From Candidatus Micrarchaeota archaeon (GTDB taxonomy: Archaea > Micrarchaeota > Micrarchaeia > Anstonellales > Bilamarchaeaceae): a stretch of DNA of 64,000 bases. The notes under the pieces were generated by a model. That model was not told where the DNA came from and did no database searches. It saw only the letters and a program-made list of their open reading frames with translations. Made by a program: the position numbers and the translations under genes. The stretch is from contig JAFGCC010000014.1 in assembly GCA_016932815.1 (NCBI GenBank), positions 80,129-144,128 of the forward strand, read 5' to 3'. Shown here in pieces: positions 17,369 through 26,497 of this stretch (position 1 is the stretch's first letter; each line of letters starts with the position of its first letter).

Positions 17369-17698
17369 ATGAAAATGGCTAAAGTAGACCCATATTTGCA
17401 CGCCGTGCTTCTTCTGCATGGCGCTGGGAAGGAAGTTTCCCAGGAAGGGATTGTAGCTGTCATGAAGGCGGCCGGAGCAGAGGCAGACGATGCCAAGGCG
17501 AAGGTCCTCTCCGAGGCAGTAAAGGGAGTAGACTTCGAGGAGCTCCTCAAGAACGTGGCAACCGTTGCGGCAGCGCCTGCGGCGGCACCTGCAGCCGGGG
17601 CAGCGCCTGCGGCAGCGGCAAAGCCGGAAGAAGAGGAAGTTTCCGAAGAAAAGAAGGAAGAGCAGGCAGCTGAAGGCCTTGCGAACCTCTTTGGATGA
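17369..17698 (+). CDS. rpl12: Ribosomal stalk protein L12/P1 (archaeal acidic protein)
   Basis: It has LHAVLLLHGAGKEV, an Ala/Pro hinge, and the acidic tail EEEEVSEEKKEEQAAEGLANLFG. Confidence 0.9.
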   Translation: MKMAKVDPYLHAVLLLHGAGKEVSQEGIVAVMKAAGAEADDAKAKVLSEAVKGVDFEELLKNVATVAAAPAAAPAAGAAPAAAAKPEEEEVSEEKKEEQAAEGLANLFG

Positions 17699-17769
17699 AT
17701 TTAACTCTCTTATTTAATTCCTTTTTTTTATTTTTCTTTTATCTCTTTTCCAAGTTTTGTTCGGCTAGA
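17699..17769. terminator. Oligo-T terminator region between convergent rpl12 and the 17770 gene
   Basis: The tract reads cctttttttta tttttcttttatctcttttcc. Confidence 0.5.
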
Positions 17770-18555
17770 TTATAGGATTTCCTTTCCCTTTAGCTCGTTG
17801 CCGCGGATTACCGTGTAGCCTAGCGACTTGTCGGTGAGGGAAACGAGTATTGCGGATTCTCCGTCCTTTATGGCGAGCCAGGAGTGGCTCTCGCTTTTTC
17901 CATAGCCGAATTCGGGGTGCCTGCACTCCCTCCCTAAGGCTTCTGCGAGGTTTATCCCCACCCTTTGCTCCCTGCGTATTACAAAGAGGGTTTTGGGGGT
18001 GCAGATTGCCGCAGCGTCCTTGTCCACTACGGTGCATGAGATTGGAAGCGTGTGCCCGGGTTTTGCCCCCGCGCCCAATTCAACCTGCGCGCTGCGGCGC
18101 ACGCCTTCCTCGTTTATGAATACGTAGGCGCCTGCGGGAAAATCAAGGAGCAAAAAATTCTTTCCGATTGCGCTTGCGCAATAGCTTTCGGAGAGGGCAA
18201 AACCAAGGGGGTAATCCTGGGAATAAACCCCGAATGCCTCTTTTTCAAGTACCAATTCCAGCAGGACGACCTTCTTTGAGCCTGGATTTAGTATGTAGGC
18301 AAAATAGTCGCCATCCCCCGCGCTGCAGGCAATTAGCTTTGCCTTTGGGTGGAGGGGGCCTGTTTCAAAATCGTTTGGGTTTATGATTTGGAGGAGCCCT
18401 TTTTTAGGGTTTTTGAGCCCGATCATCCCGGAATCCACTTCTATTATTAGTTCGCCCACTTTTTCGGAAGCGCAGACTTCCCCGCGGGAGTAGGAGGATA
18501 CCCAGGATTCTAGCATCTTCCAGCTTACATGCTCATCCATTGGAAATTCCTCCAT
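17770..18555 (-). CDS. Hypothetical protein (262 aa from the internal ATG MEEFPMDEH...)
   Basis: Coding-like composition. A TATA box (CTTTTATATC on the coding strand) lies about 45 nt upstream of the ATG at 18555. No family was recognised. Confidence 0.55.
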   Translation of the reverse strand: MEEFPMDEHVSWKMLESWVSSYSRGEVCASEKVGELIIEVDSGMIGLKNPKKGLLQIINPNDFETGPLHPKAKLIACSAGDGDYFAYILNPGSKKVVLLELVLEKEAFGVYSQDYPLGFALSESYCASAIGKNFLLLDFPAGAYVFINEEGVRRSAQVELGAGAKPGHTLPISCTVVDKDAAAICTPKTLFVIRREQRVGINLAEALGRECRHPEFGYGKSESHSWLAIKDGESAILVSLTDKSLGYTVIRGNELKGKEIL

Positions 18556-18696
18556 GCGGGCAAAGGGAATTGCCTGCGGGATAAATGAGGGCTCCGTTGG
18601 GAAGGGAGATATAAAAGGTATGGGGGGGCTTTTGCACACGGGAAACTACGGGAGCATCCACCTGGATTTGCACAGATATCAAATGTCTGGGCGCCA

Positions 18697-19986
18697 TTAG
18701 CGGCTCACCACTTCGTGCGCAACGTCCGCGGCTTTCTCCAGGACCAATTCTTCATCCACAAGCGTAATCTTTTTCTCGCGCAAAACGAACTTCCCGTTAA
18801 TCATCACATCCGTAACGTTGGATGGGTTGAGCGAATACGCTATTGAGCGAAGGTCGTTGTGGAGGGGGAGGAGGTTTGCGGCTTTTGCGTCCACAAGGAC
18901 TATGTCTGCCAGTTTTCCTTCCTCTATGCTCCCGGAATCGAATCCGAGCGCGCGTGCGCCGTTTATCGTTGCGCAGTCCCAGATTTGGGCGGGGCTCATT
19001 TTTTGCGCATCCCAGTACTTGTGCGACTGCAAGAGCAGGGCGATCTTCATTGTTTCAATCATGTCTTGGGAGTTGTTGCTTGCAGGGCCATCGGTTCCTA
19101 GGGCCACGTTGGCTCCCGCTTCCATGAATTCGGCTACCGGGCAGATTCCCCCGGTTGCGAGCTTCAGGTTGCTAATTGGGCAGTGCACGACGTTTACCCC
19201 GCACTTTCCGGCAATGGAGATTTCCCTTTTTGTCACCCATCCCATGTGGGCGAAGATTGAGCCGGAATCCGCTGCCCCTATGGACTCTAGGTATTCTACG
19301 GGGCGCATCTTCCTGCTCTCTAGGCAGGAGAAAACCTCCTCGCGGGTTTCACCCACGTGTATGTGGAAGGGGAGGTTGTGGTAGCTTGCAAACTCCTTTG
19401 CAAGGCGCAGGAGGTCTTCTGAACAGCTATAGACTGCGTGGGCTCCGACTGCGGCTTTTATGCGGGGGTTGGTTTTTGCAAGCTCGTTTGCAATCTTTTC
19501 CATCTTCGCCATTTCCGCTTCCGGGGTGCGGTGCTTGGCCGCATCGAATAGCCCCTGGGAGATTACCGCGCGGATTCCGATTTCGCCTGCGGCATCCGCC
19601 ATGCGGGCTAAGCCCAGCATATACATGTCCGAGAAGCAGGTGGTGCCGCTCCGAATCATCTCTATTGCGCCAAGCAGGGTGCCCCAGTAGATGTCCTCTT
19701 CTTCCAGCTTTTCTTCTGCTGGCCAGATTTTTTCTTCTAGCCAGCGCTTTAAGGGGAGGCCTTCGCCGTATCCTCTAAAGAGGGACATCGCTATGTGGGT
19801 GTGGGCATTTACCAAACCGGGGAATGCGATTTTTCCCGAAGCGTCTATTACCTCGTCCACCCCTCTTTTTGGGAGGCCGGTCCCGATTCTTTCTATCCGG
19901 TCTTTCCCGATTAGGATGTCTGCTTGCAGTATGCGGCGCTCGGTGTCCTGCGTTATTATTCTCGCGTTCCTAATTAGCGTGCCCAT
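18697..19986 (-). CDS. Amidohydrolase of the MtaD/SsnA chlorohydrolase family (5'-methylthioadenosine/SAH or adenosine-type deaminase-like)
   Basis: The metal-binding motif PGLVNAHTHIAMSLFRG is present, along with HIHVGETREE, TDGPASNNS and NGARALG. The start is taken at MGTLIRNARII, with a TATA box (GGGTATATAAG) about 34 nt upstream. Confidence 0.8.
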   Translation of the reverse strand: MGTLIRNARIITQDTERRILQADILIGKDRIERIGTGLPKRGVDEVIDASGKIAFPGLVNAHTHIAMSLFRGYGEGLPLKRWLEEKIWPAEEKLEEEDIYWGTLLGAIEMIRSGTTCFSDMYMLGLARMADAAGEIGIRAVISQGLFDAAKHRTPEAEMAKMEKIANELAKTNPRIKAAVGAHAVYSCSEDLLRLAKEFASYHNLPFHIHVGETREEVFSCLESRKMRPVEYLESIGAADSGSIFAHMGWVTKREISIAGKCGVNVVHCPISNLKLATGGICPVAEFMEAGANVALGTDGPASNNSQDMIETMKIALLLQSHKYWDAQKMSPAQIWDCATINGARALGFDSGSIEEGKLADIVLVDAKAANLLPLHNDLRSIAYSLNPSNVTDVMINGKFVLREKKITLVDEELVLEKAADVAHEVVSR

Positions 19987-20007
19987 GTGTAGTGGATTCG
20001 GGGGAAG

Positions 20008-20018
20008 GGTATATAAGT
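20008..20018 (-). promoter_or_regulatory. TATA box GGGTATATAAG upstream of the amidohydrolase gene (same consensus as the paralog-family promoters)
   Basis: Sequence gggtatataag at 20008-20018. Confidence 0.45.
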
Positions 20019-20099
20019 ATATTTTAATGGCGGAACCTTCCTTGGGAGATTGCATCGGCAGGGGAGGCCCTGCTCCCGCAGTGCCCCTAAGGCGGAGGG

Positions 20100-22067
20100 C
20101 TACTGCTCAACCCAGTTTACGAAAACCTTGCCGCCTTTGCGGTAGATAGGGCGGATTAGCTCCCCTTCCCCTGTGAGTTCAAAGGAGGTAATCCGGGTGC
20201 GGAGTTCGGGCGCAAAAAGCGTTGCGCCCCATGTTCTGGAGATGCGCGGGCCGATTGATTCTTTTCCCTTGCCAGTTGAGCACGAATTGAGCACAATCGT
20301 AAGGTCCTCGGAGAAGAGGGGGCGGAGCGCCCTCATCTCGGCCTCATCTGTCAAATCCAGGAGGCTTTCTTCTGAGCTTCCGGGGCCCAGGCGGATTGAA
20401 TCCGCGGTTCCGTGGGCGCCAATCATCAGGGCGCTTATGCCGAAATACTTTTCACCGAATTTTTCGGCTTTTTCATAGAACTCGCGCTCGTTTTCCGCTT
20501 CCACAAATATTATGTTGTAGTATCCTTTTTCCACAAGCTCCCTGCGGACTCCGAACATCTGCGCGTCGTAGAGGACTCCGATGTCGTCGTATTTGCCCTG
20601 CATTACCAAAAGAAGGGGGCGGCCATCCGCCTTGTCCCCGATGTGCCCATAGAGGGATTCCAGCTCTTTTTTGGAGTATCTTGCGAAGTATTCTATCCCG
20701 AACTCGTTGTAGAGTTCCCTTGTTTTCTGTGCCCCGATTGTGCCTTGTGCGTATGCGAAATTTATGAAGACTTCGCGGTCTTCTATTGTCACTCCGGCTT
20801 CACGCGCGAGCTTCCTTCCCGCCTTCCACTTGCCCTTGTAATCCGAGAGGTTGCCTATCAGGGCTTTGGCAGGGATTTTATCCGGATTGTCCAGTAGGGA
20901 GAGCACTTCCTTCACGTTCTCTGGCTTCCCGGTTTTCTCCGCTTCGCTTAAAGTGAGGAGGATTAGGGAGTAGGCTGAGGCTTCTGCGAGTTTTGTTATC
21001 CTGGAGGGGTCAAGGGATAGTTCCTTTGCGACTAGCCTTTTGGACATGAGGCCGAATGCCGCCTCCTTCTTCCTTCCGCAGATGCGGCAGGCCTCTTCAA
21101 AAATGCCCGCAACCTTTGCGGGGTCTTTTGCGAATTCCGCTCCAAGGGGCCTTAGGGCGGAGAAGGCGTATTCCGCAGCCTCCCCGGCGGCCCGCCCTAT
21201 CCTCACTAGTGCATCGGTTACCTTTTTTGGGTTTTTTGCAAATGCCATCGCCACTTCTTCGCTTCCTATTACGCGGAATGCTTCCCAGGAGGGGCCTCCT
21301 CCTGCGCTCTTTCCTATGCGGGAGAAAAGGCTTGCCACCCTTGAGGGGTTTTCTAAGAACATGGGGAATATGCCTTCGCGCTCAATTGCCCAGAATGCGG
21401 TGCCTGCGGCATCCCCCGCCGCTTTGCCTATCCTGCGCAATGCCCTTGAAATGTTCGCGGGGCGTTTTGCGAATTCCCTGGAGGCATCCTCGCTGGCTAG
21501 TGCCCAGAACGCCTCTGGGGCATGGGTGCCTATGCGGGCGAATGCGTCCGCAACCAGTTTTGGGTTGCGGGCGAATGCGGTGGCTACGGGCTCCTGGGAG
21601 AGCAGGAAAAATGCCCCCTCCCTGGATTTTGCAGCAACGCGCCCTATCCTTGCGAACGCTGATGCTATTTTGGCAGGGTCTTTGGAGAATGCGCTGGAGA
21701 GTTCGCGGTTTGAGAGTGCTGCGAGGGCATCCGGAGTGCCTTCCCTTGCTGCCCTGGATATCATGAAGAACGCGCCGGGGTGGAGGGTTAGGAGCCTTGA
21801 GAGGCCCTCGTCGCTGAAGCGGTTTAGGGCGGCTTCCGAATTTTCCCCGGAATGGGAGATTATCTTTTTTAGGGTGTGCGCAACCCTGTTTAGCCGCTGG
21901 AAGTTGCCGGTTTTGAGGATTGCCTGCGCTATTTGGGGCGGAAGTTGTGCTCCCACCCTCTCTTCTAGCTCCCTTTGCACGTAATCCGGGGTGAGAGTGG
22001 GGGTGGCCAGGAGCCTTCCGCTTAACCTGGCATCGTGGGTGCGCCCTTTTAGTTTTCCGCTGGACAT
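20100..22067 (-). CDS. Helical-repeat / caspase-like (CHAT-like, clan CD) domain protein, family member A (655 aa)
   Basis: The N-terminus has ...LTPDYVQRELEE, followed by at least seven ~35-aa repeats (AFAKNPKKVTDALVRIGRAAGEAAEYAFSAL). The C-terminal domain carries REVFINFAYA, GIEYFARYSKKELESLY, RPLLLV, YNIIFVEAENEREFYEKAEKFGEKYFGISALMIGAHG, then ~45 aa, then LTIVLNSCSTGKG. Confidence 0.85.
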   Translation of the reverse strand: MSSGKLKGRTHDARLSGRLLATPTLTPDYVQRELEERVGAQLPPQIAQAILKTGNFQRLNRVAHTLKKIISHSGENSEAALNRFSDEGLSRLLTLHPGAFFMISRAAREGTPDALAALSNRELSSAFSKDPAKIASAFARIGRVAAKSREGAFFLLSQEPVATAFARNPKLVADAFARIGTHAPEAFWALASEDASREFAKRPANISRALRRIGKAAGDAAGTAFWAIEREGIFPMFLENPSRVASLFSRIGKSAGGGPSWEAFRVIGSEEVAMAFAKNPKKVTDALVRIGRAAGEAAEYAFSALRPLGAEFAKDPAKVAGIFEEACRICGRKKEAAFGLMSKRLVAKELSLDPSRITKLAEASAYSLILLTLSEAEKTGKPENVKEVLSLLDNPDKIPAKALIGNLSDYKGKWKAGRKLAREAGVTIEDREVFINFAYAQGTIGAQKTRELYNEFGIEYFARYSKKELESLYGHIGDKADGRPLLLVMQGKYDDIGVLYDAQMFGVRRELVEKGYYNIIFVEAENEREFYEKAEKFGEKYFGISALMIGAHGTADSIRLGPGSSEESLLDLTDEAEMRALRPLFSEDLTIVLNSCSTGKGKESIGPRISRTWGATLFAPELRTRITSFELTGEGELIRPIYRKGGKVFVNWVEQ

Positions 22068-22090
22068 CCGGTATGGATAGCTGCGAAGCA

Positions 22091-22100
22091 GTATATAATC
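22091..22100 (-). promoter_or_regulatory. TATA box (gtatataatc) about 25 nt upstream of family member A's start
   Basis: The same (G)TATATAA consensus recurs upstream of family members B, C, D, F and G. Confidence 0.45.
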
Positions 22101-22221
22101 TTATTGCATGGGCAGGCTTTGCTCCTAATCCCAAAGGAAGAGAAGACCTTGGGAGCAGATGCAGGAGAAAAGGGGCAATGCCGCATGGGCGCGGTTCGGA
22201 GGGGGTTTTGGGCTGGGAGTG

Positions 22222-24321
22222 TTATTGCGCATCCTGCCCTGCAAGGGGCTCTCCGCGCAGGAACCTGGTGCCTCCGGATTTGTATACTACGTTAAGTATT
22301 TTCCCTTGTTCGTCCCGCTCCAGTTTTTCTAGGTAAGTGTGGGAGCTGGGCGCAAAAAGCTCGGCTCCCCAGAGCTGGGATATCTTCGGGCCTATGCCCT
22401 TGGCTGTTAGGCAGGATTCCAGGATTATTAGGGGCTCGCCTACGAACAGGCCGTTTAGGGCGCGCATCTCCTTCTCGTCTGAGAGGTCGATGAAGTTGTC
22501 CTCTGACTCCCCTGGGCCCATGCGGATGTCCCTTGCGGTGCCGTGCCCGCCTAGTATGAGCGCGCTTATGCCAAAATACCTCTCTCCCAGCTCTTTTGCC
22601 TTCCTGTAGAACTGCTCTTCGGTTTCGGCCTCTATGAATATCGTGTTGTAGTAGCTGCCATTGCCTGCAAGCCCCTCTCTGGCCTTCGCCCCTCCGTAGA
22701 AGGCCTGTATGTCGTCGAACTTGTTGTAGGCTACTAAAAGGAGGGGGCGGTCGTCTCCGTTTTCCCCTATTTGCCCATATAGGGATTCAAGCTCCTCTTT
22801 TGAGTATCTTGCGAAATACTCAATTCCGAATTCCCTGTGTATTGCGATTGTTTTTTCCCTGCCTATCTTGTCCTGGGCGTAGGCGAAATTGATGAAGACT
22901 TCGCGGTCTTCTATTCCCACTCCGGCTTCGCGGGCTAGCTCCCGGCCCGCTTTCCAATGGTGGCGGTAATCGGTGAGCGGGGTTATGCCATAGACTGCAA
23001 AGAGGCGGTGAGGGTCGTCTAGGGCACTTAGCATTGATTCGATTGAATCGCGGTCGCCCCTCTTGAACGCGTCGCGGAGGTAGTAATAAACGTCCGTCTG
23101 GGAGAACGCTTCTGCAAGCCTTACTATCTTTTGGGGCTGCTCCAGGAACTCCCTGCCCCCAAAACCCTTGTGGGCTAGCGCGAAATAGAAGGAGAAGAGG
23201 AGCTGCTGCTTCCTTCCCGATATTTTGGAGGCTTCTATGAACGAATCCACCATTCCCATGGGGTTTTTGCAGAAGCTGTTGATGAAATCCCTGGAAGATA
23301 TGACTTCAAAGGCGCTCTTGAGTGCGATTCCGCGGGTGTTTCCGAGCTTTTCTAAGGCGTATGAGATGCCTTCTATGTTCTTTGAGAAGGGCGCGCTTGC
23401 CCATTGCGCGCAAAGCTTGGAGAAAGCCCTGCCGGAGTAGCCTCCCATTGAGTTGGCTATGCGGGCAAACGATTCCGCGGTTTTTGAGGGGTTTTTGGCG
23501 AATTCGATTGAAACTTCCCTGGTGGATAGGAGCAGGAAGGCGTCCACTGCGGCTTCCCCCAATGAGCTTGAGATTTTTTCGAACGCGGATGCGATTTCTT
23601 CTGGGTTCTTGGCGAATGCAAGTGCGGCTTCCCTGCGCTCCAATACGGAGAATGCATCGGAGGCGTTCTTGCCCGATGCTAGTGCGATTCTTGAGAGGGC
23701 CAGGGAGATTGCTTTGGGGTTCCTGGCGAATGCTGCTGAGAGGGGCTTGCTGCCTAGGAGCCAGAATGCTCCGGAGGAGTGGGCGCCTGAGTCCCTGATT
23801 ATGCTGAGGAATGCGGAGGAGATTGCTTTGGGGTTCTTGGCGAATGCTCCGGAGATTCCGGTTGTTGATAGTGCCCAGAGGGCTTCTGCCTTGTTCGCTT
23901 TTGCAGCCTTGCAGATTTCGGCTATTGCGTTGGATACCCCCGTGGGGTCTGCTGCGAATGCGCGGGCAACCGCATCCTGCTTTAGGGTGTCTAGGGCGCC
24001 AAGGAATTCGTCCTTTGCTGCGGCGCAGATTCTTGAAAATGCCTGGGGGCTCTTCGAGATTTCCCTGGAGAGGTTTTCATCCCTGAATTCCTTTAGGAAG
24101 GATTCGATGCCGGCTCCGCTGGATTCGCAGATTAGCTTTATTGCGCGGGCAACCTGCCCCACCTTCTGGGGTTCGCAGGTGAGGGCGACTGCGCGGGAGA
24201 GCTGGGGAGGGATTTTTACGCCCAGCACTTTCTGAAGCTCGGCGTGGACGTAGCTGCGGTTGAATGAAGGCGAAAGTGAGAGCTTTCCGTTTTTTTCCCG
24301 CACGCACGCTTGAGTGGACAT
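22222..24321 (-). CDS. Helical-repeat / caspase-like domain protein, family member B (699 aa; Cys motif variant ESCLTAKG)
   Basis: The N-terminus has KLSLSPSFNRSYVHAELQK, followed by AFAKNP/AFARNP repeats. The C-terminal domain carries REVFINFAYA...GIEYFARYSKEELESLYG...RPLLLVAYN...YFGISALILGGHGTA...LIILESCLTAKG. Confidence 0.85.
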   Translation of the reverse strand: MSTQACVREKNGKLSLSPSFNRSYVHAELQKVLGVKIPPQLSRAVALTCEPQKVGQVARAIKLICESSGAGIESFLKEFRDENLSREISKSPQAFSRICAAAKDEFLGALDTLKQDAVARAFAADPTGVSNAIAEICKAAKANKAEALWALSTTGISGAFAKNPKAISSAFLSIIRDSGAHSSGAFWLLGSKPLSAAFARNPKAISLALSRIALASGKNASDAFSVLERREAALAFAKNPEEIASAFEKISSSLGEAAVDAFLLLSTREVSIEFAKNPSKTAESFARIANSMGGYSGRAFSKLCAQWASAPFSKNIEGISYALEKLGNTRGIALKSAFEVISSRDFINSFCKNPMGMVDSFIEASKISGRKQQLLFSFYFALAHKGFGGREFLEQPQKIVRLAEAFSQTDVYYYLRDAFKRGDRDSIESMLSALDDPHRLFAVYGITPLTDYRHHWKAGRELAREAGVGIEDREVFINFAYAQDKIGREKTIAIHREFGIEYFARYSKEELESLYGQIGENGDDRPLLLVAYNKFDDIQAFYGGAKAREGLAGNGSYYNTIFIEAETEEQFYRKAKELGERYFGISALILGGHGTARDIRMGPGESEDNFIDLSDEKEMRALNGLFVGEPLIILESCLTAKGIGPKISQLWGAELFAPSSHTYLEKLERDEQGKILNVVYKSGGTRFLRGEPLAGQDAQ

Positions 24322-24353
24322 TCGGTTACCCTAATTGGGAATTATGGCGTAAA

Positions 24354-24366
24354 GGATATATAATTG
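24354..24366 (-). promoter_or_regulatory. TATA box (ggatatataattg) upstream of family member B
   Basis: It lies about 35 nt upstream of the ATG at 24321. Confidence 0.4.
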
Positions 24367-24405
24367 TATTCGCCTTGAGGGGAAAACGTGCGGGCACTGA
24401 GGGGC

Positions 24406-26409
24406 TCAGGGGGAGAGCTCGACGCCGTCTATGAACAGGCCCTCGTCCACGTTGTAGATTGGCCCGGTAATCCTTCCCTTCTCATCCAGGTCGAACCCCA
24501 GTATGTCTGCTGGCTGCTTGGGGGCAACCAGTTCGGCATCCCATGCATCCGAAATGCGCGCGCCTATTGCCTTCTCGTCCTTGCCCGTTGAGCAGGAAGC
24601 GAGGAAAACCCTTGCATCATCTGCGAAGAGGCCTTTTAGCGCCTCTAGGTCCTTCATGTCCAGAAGGTTGAGGAAGTTTCCTTCGGGCGTGCCGTTTAAG
24701 CCGGGGCCCAGGCGTATGGACTTTGCGGTGCCGTGGCCGCCTATCATGATGTCGCTTATTCCGAAATACTTTTCCGAGAATTTCTTTGCCTTCTCGAATA
24801 GTTCCGCCTTGTTTTCGGCTTCCACGAATACGATGTTGTAGTGCCCTTTCCTCTCGAGGATTTCGCGCTCGCCGACTATCTCGGGCAGGTAGAACACGTT
24901 GGTGTCGTCCGATTTGTTGTAGGCAATTAGGAGGAGGGGGCGGTTGTCCTCCGTTTCCCCAATGTGCTCATAGAGGTCTTCGAGTTCTTCCTTGGAATAC
25001 CTAGCAAAATACTCGATTCCGTATTCGCGGTAGATTGCCTTGGTTTTTTCCGCGCCTATGTTCTCCTCTGCGTAGGCGAAATTTATGAACACTTCCCTGT
25101 CTTCTACCCTAACCCCGGATGCTTTCGCAAGGGCTCTTCCCGCTTCCCATTCCGAGCGGTGCAGGAGGAGGCTGGTAATTGCGGTCTTGGCAAGTTCGGA
25201 TGGGTTGTCGAGCAGGCGGCTTATCTGCTTCGCTTCGGCAGGGTCATCGTTCTTGACCATGTCAATTACCGTGCGGAGGATTGGGGTGTAGGTGGAAGCT
25301 TCTGCGAGCTTGGCTATGCGGGTGGGGTCTGCGGCCATTGCCTTTCTTAGGGGCCCATAGAGGAGCATTGAGAACATCCTTATGTTCTTCCTTCCGCATA
25401 TATCTGCGGATTCTACGAATGCATCTGCCAGCTGCGAGGGAGTTGCGAACTTGCCCCCTATGAATTCCTCGGTGCAGATTACCCCCATGGCGTATTCTTT
25501 GCCTAGCCCGTTGGACTCGGATATCCTGGAAAATGCGTCGACGACTCCATCCATGTTTTTTGCAAAATGCTCTATGACTCCCTTCTTGCCCAGCCTGGTG
25601 AAAATCCTGCCCGAATACTCTCCGGAGGCTTCGACTATGGAAACGAAAGTGTCCGCAACCTGCGAGGGTTTCTTTCCAAAGAGGGGCGCTATGTCCCTGC
25701 TTCCTAGGAGCCAGAATGCATCTCCTGAATGTGCGCCTGCGGCCGTGCCTATGTCTTCGAGGGCCTTGGTCGTTTGCTCCATGTTTTTTGCGAATGCTTT
25801 GGCTATTGGCAGCCTTCCTAGTGCCCAGAATGCATCGCCTGCGTGAGTGCCTGCTGCGATTCCTATGCGCTCAAGGGCGTGGCCGGTTTTGTCCATGTCC
25901 TTTGCGAATGCCGCTGCTATTGGCTTCCTTGCAAGAGTCCAGAAGGCGTCGCCCTGGTGGGTTCCCGCCTCCCATGCTATGCGCACAAAGGCATCGGTTG
26001 CCTTTTCCGGGTTCTTTGCGAATGCGCGGGAAATGTCCTCCTGCTTTAGGGCGTCGAATGCTTCTTTTGTGCCCTTCTTGGCCGCTTCGGATATGGAAAC
26101 GAAGGATTCGGTGTGGGATACGAAGGATTTTGCGAGGGATTCGTCTTCGAAGCAGTTTACCGCGTGCTCTGATTCCATCCCGGAGTATTCTATTATGTTT
26201 TCGAGGGCTTCTGCGATTTCGCGGACCTTTGAGGCCTGCCCGGTTTCGACTATTGCGTTTGCTAGCTCTTCTGGAACTTTAGTGCCCACCATCTTTTGGA
26301 GTTGCTCCTGCACATACGAATTGTCAAGGGAGGGCGCCATTGCGAGCCTTCCGATTGGTTTTTCGCTCTTTTCCTCTTTTTCGGCGAACTTGGGCATTTT
26401 TGCATCCAC
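24406..26409 (-). CDS. Helical-repeat / caspase-like domain protein, family member C (667 aa; GTG start at 26409 or ATG at 26397)
   Basis: The N-terminus has RLAMAPSLDNSYVQEQLQK, followed by repeats (AFAKNPEKATDAFVRIAWEAGTHQGDAFWTL). The C-terminal domain carries ...IGGHGTAKSIRLGPG...VFLASCSTGKDEKAIG. Confidence 0.85.
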   Translation of the reverse strand: MDAKMPKFAEKEEKSEKPIGRLAMAPSLDNSYVQEQLQKMVGTKVPEELANAIVETGQASKVREIAEALENIIEYSGMESEHAVNCFEDESLAKSFVSHTESFVSISEAAKKGTKEAFDALKQEDISRAFAKNPEKATDAFVRIAWEAGTHQGDAFWTLARKPIAAAFAKDMDKTGHALERIGIAAGTHAGDAFWALGRLPIAKAFAKNMEQTTKALEDIGTAAGAHSGDAFWLLGSRDIAPLFGKKPSQVADTFVSIVEASGEYSGRIFTRLGKKGVIEHFAKNMDGVVDAFSRISESNGLGKEYAMGVICTEEFIGGKFATPSQLADAFVESADICGRKNIRMFSMLLYGPLRKAMAADPTRIAKLAEASTYTPILRTVIDMVKNDDPAEAKQISRLLDNPSELAKTAITSLLLHRSEWEAGRALAKASGVRVEDREVFINFAYAEENIGAEKTKAIYREYGIEYFARYSKEELEDLYEHIGETEDNRPLLLIAYNKSDDTNVFYLPEIVGEREILERKGHYNIVFVEAENKAELFEKAKKFSEKYFGISDIMIGGHGTAKSIRLGPGLNGTPEGNFLNLLDMKDLEALKGLFADDARVFLASCSTGKDEKAIGARISDAWDAELVAPKQPADILGFDLDEKGRITGPIYNVDEGLFIDGVELSP

Positions 26410-26434
26410 CTTCTGCGATAGTTACTGTGGTAAA

Positions 26435-26445
26435 GGGTATATAAG
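26435..26445 (-). promoter_or_regulatory. TATA box gggtatataag upstream of family member C
   Basis: It lies about 30 nt upstream of 26409. Confidence 0.45.
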
Positions 26446-26497
26446 AATATTAGCTTTTTGGGTTCCCGCAAACGGCCTGCCGATTTTGGGGGGAGGA

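Noticed and set aside
17560-17640. PAAAPAAGAAPAAAAKPEEEE low-complexity stretch
   Set aside because: It is the normal Ala/Pro hinge and acidic tail of ribosomal stalk protein P1, not a repeat element.
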